A DNA stretch of 64,000 nucleotides. It comes from Haliotis cracherodii (taxonomy: Eukaryota). Positions within the stretch are counted from its first letter, which is position 1. Every line of letters starts with the position of its first letter. The position numbers and the translations under genes are program-made. Of the stretch, positions 56,651-64,000 are shown piece by piece. Location: the NCBI RefSeq assembly GCF_022045235.1, contig NW_027266267.1, positions 27,094,001 through 27,158,000 on the forward strand, written 5' to 3'. Below the pieces are notes generated by a model that did not search any database, was not told the DNA's origin, and saw nothing but the letters and a program-made list of their open reading frames with translations.

Positions 56651-57819
56651 TGCACTGTGGGTCGGGGAATGTTGGATGTTGGTGGGTAGGATGTCGGACA
56701 CCCCTTCACCCAGAACCACTCGGTTGACAGGGACCCGGTAACACCAATCCATTTACACACCGCCAGTGATAACAGCCCGTGCCGGAAGAAATGCTCACTC
56801 TCAACACACAATGAGGAAACATGCATCTCATTAACCAGCATTACCTCATTGTCATAATAGCCATATAATGTATCGTAATGTGAATACATCTAAAACCAAA
56901 TGGACAATAAATCATGTACAATTGGACACATCGTGACTTGGAATACTTCCTTCTTCAAACGCGACCCCACAATCCTCGGAGACCCGGATTAAAATTGGTC
57001 TACGGCAACCTGTGGGTGTCGTACGTGAGTGAGTATGGTTTTACTTCGCTTTTAGTAGTACTCCAACAATGACCTCTTGTGGGGAATCGAACTACGTGAT
57101 GAGCGAACGCTTTAACCACCAGGTTACCCCACCGCGACTATACTAGTCGTAAGATACGACTAACAGGGTTGGTTGGTCAGACTCGCTACCTTCGTTGCGC
57201 AGATCGATGCTCATGTCTGTTCGTAATGATCACCTGACCTTAGATTTAAAACAAATGCACGTGATACCTCGAAATTGGCTCCAATAGCCTCATTGACAAC
57301 AATTCAAATTGTAACCGTTTTTCATTACATGATTCAGTATTTGACGATATCAATACCCTTCCTATGTCATGTGTACCAATTTCGGCTGTATTTCTCTATC
57401 AAGCATCGGTGCTTTTTTTATTTTATGATGTGATGATGTTGTGGCTAACATAACGATCGTCGCACCTTTATATATTAAGTAAGCGTTGATGTATGTACAT
57501 TACGACGGGCATAGTGATAAACAAGATTCGAAACAGATCCTGCAGTAGAGGGACACGACTCTGTCCAAGGTGGACGCTCTGTCAGTGTAGACTAGCATGC
57601 CACCTATCTCTTTAATCACCTGTTTTATAACAATGGTGCTGATACTAATAGTGTCATTCCTGCATCCCAAGTATGAAGCTGTCCGAATCCCATACTCGGT
57701 GCCTCCTGATGTCATGGTGCAGATAAAAAATGCCTGGGTTTTCCGACACTGTCCTCGGGTGTCATGGCGCAGATCAGCAGCATGCACAGATTTTCAACCA
57801 CAAACTCGTGGTGCCATGG

Positions 57820-60800
57820 TGCAGGTAAGGAGAGTTCCTTGATTTTCCACTACAGCCGTCCTTGTGTCATAGCGCAGATAAGGAGAGTTCCTTGGTTTTC
57901 CACTACAGCCACCCTTGTGTCACAGCGCAGATAAGGAGAGTTCCTTGGTTTTCCACTACAGCCGCCCTTGTGTCACAGCGCAGATAAGGAGAGTTCCTGG
58001 GTTTTCCACTACAGCTGTCCTTGTGACATAGCGCAGATAAGGAGAGTTCCTTGGTTTTCCACTACAGCTGCCCTTGTGTCACAGCGCAGATAAGGAGAGC
58101 TCCTTGGTTTTCCACTACAGCTGCCCTTGTGTCACAGCGCAGATAAGGAGAGTTCCTTGGTTTTCCACTACAGCCGTCCTTGTGTCACAGCGCAGATAAG
58201 GAGATATTCTGGGTTTTCCACTACAGCCGCCCTTGTGTCATAGCGCAGATGAGGAGAGTTCCTGGGTTTTCCACCACAGCCGTCCTTGTGACATAGCGCA
58301 GATAAGGAGAGTTCCTGGGTTTTCCACTACAGCTGTCCTTGTGTCACAGCGCAGATAAGGAGAGATCTTGGGTTTTCCACTACAGCTGTCCTTGTGTCAC
58401 AGCGCAGATAAGGAGAGTTCCTGGGTTTTCCACTACAGCTGTCCTTGTGACATAGCGCAGATAAGGAGAGTTCCTGGGTTTTCCACTACAGCCGCCCTTG
58501 TGTCATAGCGCAGATAAGGAGAGTTCCTGGGTTTTCCACTACAGCCGTCCTTGTGTCTTAGCGCAGATAAGGAGAGATCTTGGGTTTTCCACTACAGCCG
58601 TTCTTGTGACATAGCGTAGATAAGGAGATATTCTCGGTTTTCCACTACAGCCGTCCGTGTTTCATAGCGCAGATAAGGAGAGCTGCTGGGTTTTCCGCTA
58701 CAGCCTTCCTTGTGTCACAGCGCAGATAAGGAGATATCTTGGGTTTTCCACTACAGCCTTCCTTGTGACATAGCGTAGATAAGGAGATATTCTGGGTTTT
58801 CCACTACAGCCGTCCTTGTGACATAGCGCAGATGAGGAGAGTTCCTTGGTTTTCCACCACAGCCGTCCTTGTGACATAGCGCAGATAAGGAGAGTTCCTG
58901 GGTTTTCCACTACAGCTGTCCTTGTGTCACAGCGCAGATAAGGAGAGATCTTGGGTTTTCCACTACAGCCGTCCTTGTGTCACAGCGCAGATAAGGAGAG
59001 TTCCTGGGTTTTCCACTAAAGCCGTCCTTGTGACATAGCGCAGATAAGGAGAGTTCCTGGGTTTTCCACTACAGCTGTCCTTGTGACATAGCGCAGATAA
59101 GGACAGTTCCTGGGTTTTCCACTACAGCCGTCCTTGTGTCACAGCGCAAATAAGGAGATATTCTGGGTTTTCCACTACAGCCGTCCTTGTGTCTTAGCAC
59201 AGATAAGGAGAGATCCTGGGTTTTCCACTACAGCCGTCCTTGTGACATAGCGTAGATAAGGAGAGTTCCTGGGTTTTCCACTACAGCCGCCCTTGTGTCA
59301 CAGCGCAGATAAGGAGAGTTCCTTGGTTTTCCACTACAGCCGTCCTTGTGTCACAGCGCAGATAAGGAGAGATCTTGGGTTTTCCACTACAGCCGTTCTT
59401 GTGACATAGCGTAGATAAGGAGATATTCTGGGTTTTCCACTACAGCCGTCCTTGTTTCATAGCGCAGATAAGGAGAGCTCCTGGGTTTTCCGCTACAGCC
59501 TTCCTTGTGTCACAGCGCAGATAAGGAGATATCTTGGGTTTTCCACTACAGCCGTCCTTGTGACATAGCGTAGATAAGGAGATATTCTTGGTTTTCCACT
59601 ACAGCCGTCCTTGTGACATAGCGCAGATGAGGAGAGTTCCTGGGTTTTCCACCACAGCCGTCCTTGTGACATAGCGCAGATAAGGAGAGTTCCTGGGTTT
59701 TCCACTACAGCTGTCCTTGTGTCACAGCGCAGATAAGGAGAGATCTTGGGTTTTCCACTACAGCCGTCCTTGTGTCACAGCGCAGATAAGGAGAGTTCCT
59801 GGGTTTTCCACTAAAGCTGTCCTTGTGACATAGCGCAGATAAGGAGAGTTCCTTGGTTTTCCACTACAGCTGTCCTTGTGTCATAGCACAGATAAGAAGA
59901 GTTCCTGGGTTTTCCACTACAGCCGTCCTTGTGTCATAGCGCAGATAAGGAGAGTTACCTGGGTTTTCCACTACAGCTGTCCTTGTGTCACAGCGCAAAT
60001 AAGGAGAGTTCCTGGGTTTTCCACTACAGCCGTCCTTGTGTCTTAGCGCAGATAAGGAGAGTTCCTGGGTTTTCCACTACAGCCGTCCTTGTGTCATAGC
60101 GCAAATAAGGAGAGTTCCTGGGTTTTCCACTAGAACCGTCCTTGTGACATAGCGCACATAAGGAGAGCTCCTTGGTTTTCCGCTACAGCCTTCCTTGTGT
60201 CTTAGCGCAGATAAGGAGAGATATTGGGTTTTCCACTACAGCCGTCCTTGTGACATAGCGCAGATAAGGAGAGTTCCTGGGTTTTCCACTACAGCCGTCC
60301 TTGTGACATAGCGCAGATAAGGAGAGTTCCTGGGTTTTCCACTACAGCCGTCCTTGTGTCATAGCGCAAATAAGGAGAGTTCCTGGGTTTTCCACTAGAA
60401 CTGTCCTTGTGACATAGCGCACATAAGGAGAGCTCCTTGGTTTTCCGCTACAACCTTCCTTGTGTCTTAGCGCAGAAAAGGAGAGATATTGGGTTTTCCA
60501 CTACAGCCGTCCTTGTGACATAGCGCAGATAAGGAGAGTTCCTGGGTTTTCCACTACAGCCGTCCTTGTTACATAGCGCAGATAAGGAGAGTTCCTGGGT
60601 TTTCCACTACAGCCGTCCTTGTGTCATAGCGCAAATAAGGAGAGTTCCTGGGTTTTCCACTAGAACCGTCCTTGTGACATAGCGCACATAAGGAGAGCTC
60701 CTTGGTTTTCCGCTACAGCCTTCCTTGTGTCTTAGCGCAGATAAGGAGATATATTGGGTTTTCCACTACAGCCGTCCTTGTGTCACAGCGCAGATAAGGA

Positions 60801-63800
60801 GAGTTCCTGGGTTTTCCACTACAGCCGTCCTTGTGTCATAGCGCAGATAAGGAGAGATCTTGGGTTTTCCACTACAGCTGTCCTTGTGACATAGCGCAGA
60901 TAAGGAGTGTTCCTGGGTTTTCCACTACAGCCGTCCTTGTGTCATAGCGCAGATAAGGAGAGTTCCTGGGTTTTCCACTTCAGCCGTCCTTGTGTCTTAG
61001 CGCAGATAAGGAGAGATATTGGGTTTTCCACTACAGCCGTCCTTGTGTCATAGCGCAGATAAGCAGAGATCTTGGGTTTTCCACTACAGCCGTCCTTGTG
61101 ACATAGCGCAGATAAGGAGATATTCTGGGTTTTCCACTACAGCCGCCCTTGTGTCATAGCGCAGATAAGGAGAGTTCCTGGGTTTTCCACTGCAGCCGTC
61201 CTTGTGACATAGCGCAGATAAGGAGAGTTCCTTGGTTTTCCACTTCAGCCGTCCTTGTGTCATAGCGCAGATAAGCAGAGATCTTGGGTTTTCCACTACA
61301 GCCGTCCTTGTGACATAGCGCAGATAAGGAGATATTCTGGGTTTTCCACTACAGCCGCCCTTGTGTCATAGCGCAGATAAGGAGAGTTCCTGGGTTTTCC
61401 ACTACAGCTGTCCTTGTGACATAGCGCAGATAAGGAGAGTTCCTTGGTTTTCCACTTCAGCCGTCCTTGTGTCTTAGCGCAGATAAGGAGAGTTCCTGGG
61501 TTTTCCACTACAGCCGTCCTTGTGTCATAGCGCAAAGAAGGAGAGTTCCTGGATTTTCCACTAGAACCGTCCTTGTGACATAGCGCACATAAGGAGAGCT
61601 CCTTGGTTTTCCGCTACAGCCTTCCTTGTGTCTTAGCGCAGATAAGGAGATATATTGGGTTTTCCACTACAGCTGTCCTTGTGTCATAGCGCAGATAAGG
61701 AGAGATCTTGGGTTTTCCACTACAGCCGTCCTTGTGACATAGCGCAGATAAGGAGAGTTCCTTGGTTTTCCACTTCAGCCGTCCTTGTGTCATAGCGCAG
61801 ATAAGCAGAGATCTTGGGTTTTCCACTACAGCCGTCCTTGTGACATAGCGCAGATAAGGAGATATTCTGGGTTTTCCACTACAGCCGCCCTTGTGTCATA
61901 GCGCAGATAAGGAGAGTTCCTGGGTTTTCCACTACAGCTGTCCTTGTGACATAGCGCAGATAAGGAGAGTTCCTTGGTTTTCCACTTCAGCCGTCCTTGT
62001 GTCTTAGCGCAGATAAGGAGAGTTCCTGGGTTTTCCACTACAGCTGTCCTTGTGTCATAGCGCAAAGAAGGAGAGTTCCTGGGTTTTCCACTAGAACCGT
62101 CCTTGTGACATAGCGCACATAAGGAGAGCTCCTTGGTTTTCCGCTACAGCCTTCCTTGTGTCTTAGCGCAGATAAGGAGATATATTGGGTTTTCCACTAC
62201 AGCTGTCCTTGTGTCATAGCGCAGATAAGGAGAGATCTTGGGTTTTCCACTACAGCCGTCCTTGTGACATAGCGCAGATAAGGAGATATTCTCGGTTTTC
62301 CACTACAGCCGTCCTTGTGTCATAGCGCAGATAAGGAGAGTTCCTGGGTTTTCCACTTCAGCCGTCCTTGTGTCATAGCGCAGATAAGGAGATATCTTGG
62401 GTTTTCCACTACAGCTGTCCTTGTGACATAGCGCAGATAAGGAGTGTTCCTGGGTTTTCCACTACAGACGTCCTTGTGTCATAGCGCAGATAAGGAGAGT
62501 TCCTTGGTTTTCCACTTCAGCCGTCCTTGTGTCTTAGCGCAGATAAGGAGAGTTCCTGGGTTTTCCACTACAGCTGTCCTTGTGTCACAGCGCAGATAAG
62601 GAGAGTTCCTGGGTTTTCCACTACAGCTGTCCTTGTGTCTGAGCGCAGATAAGGAGAGATCCTTGGTTTTCCACTACAGCTGTCCTTGTGACATAGCGCA
62701 GATAAGGAGAGCTCCTGGGTTTTCCACTTGAGCCGTCCTTGTGTCATAGCGCAAATAAGGAGAGTTCCTGGGTTTTCCACTACAGCCTTCCTTGTGACAT
62801 AGCGCAGATAAGGAGAGATCTTGGGTTTTCAACTACAGCCGTCCTTGTGACATAGCGCAGATAAGGAGAGATTCTGAGTTTTCCACCACAGCCGTCCTTG
62901 TGACATAGCGCAGATAAGGAGAGTTCCTGGGTTTTCCACTTCAGCCGTCCTTGTTTCATAGCGCAGATAAGGAGAGTTCCTGGGTTTTCCACTTCAGCCG
63001 TCCTTGTTTCATAGCGCAGATAAGGAGAGTTCCTGGGTTTTCCACTACAGCCGCCCTTGTGTCATAGCGCAAATAAGGAGAGTTCCTGGGTTTTCCACTA
63101 CAGCCTTCCTTGTGACATAGCGCAGATAAGGAGAGTTCCTGGGTTTTCCACTTCAGCTGTCCTTGTTTCATAGCGCAAATTAGGAGAGTTCCTGGGTTTT
63201 CCACTACAGCCGCCCTTGTGTCATAGTGCAGATAAGGAGAGTTCCTGGGTTTTCCACTACAGCCGTCCATGTAACATAACGCAAATAAGGAGAGTTCCTG
63301 GGTTTTCCACTACAGCCGCCCTTGTGACATAGCGCAGATAAGGAGAGTTCCTGGGTTTTCCACTACAGCTGTCCTTGTGTCATAGCGCAAAGAAGGAGAG
63401 TTCCTGGGTTTTCCACTAGAACTGTCCTTGTGACATAGCGCACATAAGGAGAGCTCCTTGGTTTTCCGCTACAGCCTTCCTTGTGTCTTAGCGCAGATAA
63501 GGAGATATATTGGGTTTTCCACTACAGCTGTCCTTGTGTCATAGCGCAGATAAGGAGAGATCTTGGGTTTTCCACTACAGCCGTCCTTGTGACATAGCGC
63601 AGATAAGGAGATATTCTCGGTTTTCCACTACAGCCGTCCTTGTGTCATAGCGCAGATAAGGAGAGTTCCTGGGTTTTCCACTTCAGCCGTCCTTGTGTCA
63701 TAGCGCAGATAAGGAGATATCTTGGGTTTTCCACTACAGCTGTCCTTGTGACATAGCGCAGATAAGGAGTGTTCCTGGGTTTTCCACTACAGACGTCCTT

Positions 63801-64000
63801 GTGTCATAGCGCAGATAAGGAGAGTTCCTTGGTTTTCCACTTCAGCCGTCCTTGTGTCTTAGCGCAGATAAGGAGAGTTCCTGGGTTTTCCACTACAGCT
63901 GTCCTTGTGTCACAGCGCAGATAAGGAGAGTTCCTGGGTTTTCCACTACAGCTGTCCTTGTGTCTGAGCGCAGATAAGGAGAGATCCTTGGTTTTCCACT
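57820..64000. repeat. 53-bp tandem satellite, about 116 copies, continues past the window end
   Basis: Unit GCAGATAAGGAGAGTTCCTGGGTTTTCCACTACAGCCGTCCTTGTGTCATAGC. Confidence 0.97.

Noticed and set aside
55953-56889. Three overlapping Pro-rich ORFs
   Set aside because: Frame-cycling translations of the 26-bp minisatellite.
57820-64000. CRISPR-like array or repeat-protein gene (many 70-104 aa ORFs)
   Set aside because: Units are contiguous with no unique spacers; 53 is not a multiple of 3 and the ORFs simply cycle through frames.

Overview
Eukaryotic, intron-rich and repeat-rich animal DNA. The SINE families and gene style suggest a mollusc, probably a gastropod such as abalone; this is inference. 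(1) Three tandem ~11-kb segmental duplicates on the minus strand each carry a gene for a type I membrane protein: signal peptide, V-like Ig, second Ig, short stalk, TM with a central Asp, and a short tail with four Tyr motifs (ITAM-like YDAL-x10-YEKI plus terminal YQNM). Copy A (1-3298) runs off the window, copy B (30486-36388) is intact at 364 aa, and copy C (40785-47151) has lost the exon-2 splice donor. (2) A 21.7-kb nested insertion (3994-25718) lies upstream of copy A. It is a solo LTR (TG..CA, ATTG TSD) split ~20 bp downstream of its TATA box by three related but distinct I/Nimb-type LINEs (APE-RT-RNase H-CCHC) stacked head-to-tail at the same site. The middle LINE carries an Academ DNA transposon (484-bp TIRs, TCA TSD) in its 3' UTR. 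(3) A divergently oriented plus-strand gene (52559-55133) is predicted to encode a ~203-aa membrane adaptor-like protein with a ~20-aa ectodomain and six Tyr motifs. (4) The window also holds many SINEs, a Tc1/mariner-type MITE, a tandem minimal hammerhead motif of Penelope type, exon-derived and G-rich minisatellites, and a >6-kb 53-bp satellite at the right end. Gene models are hand-spliced from GT/AG sites and phase consistency; no database searches were possible.
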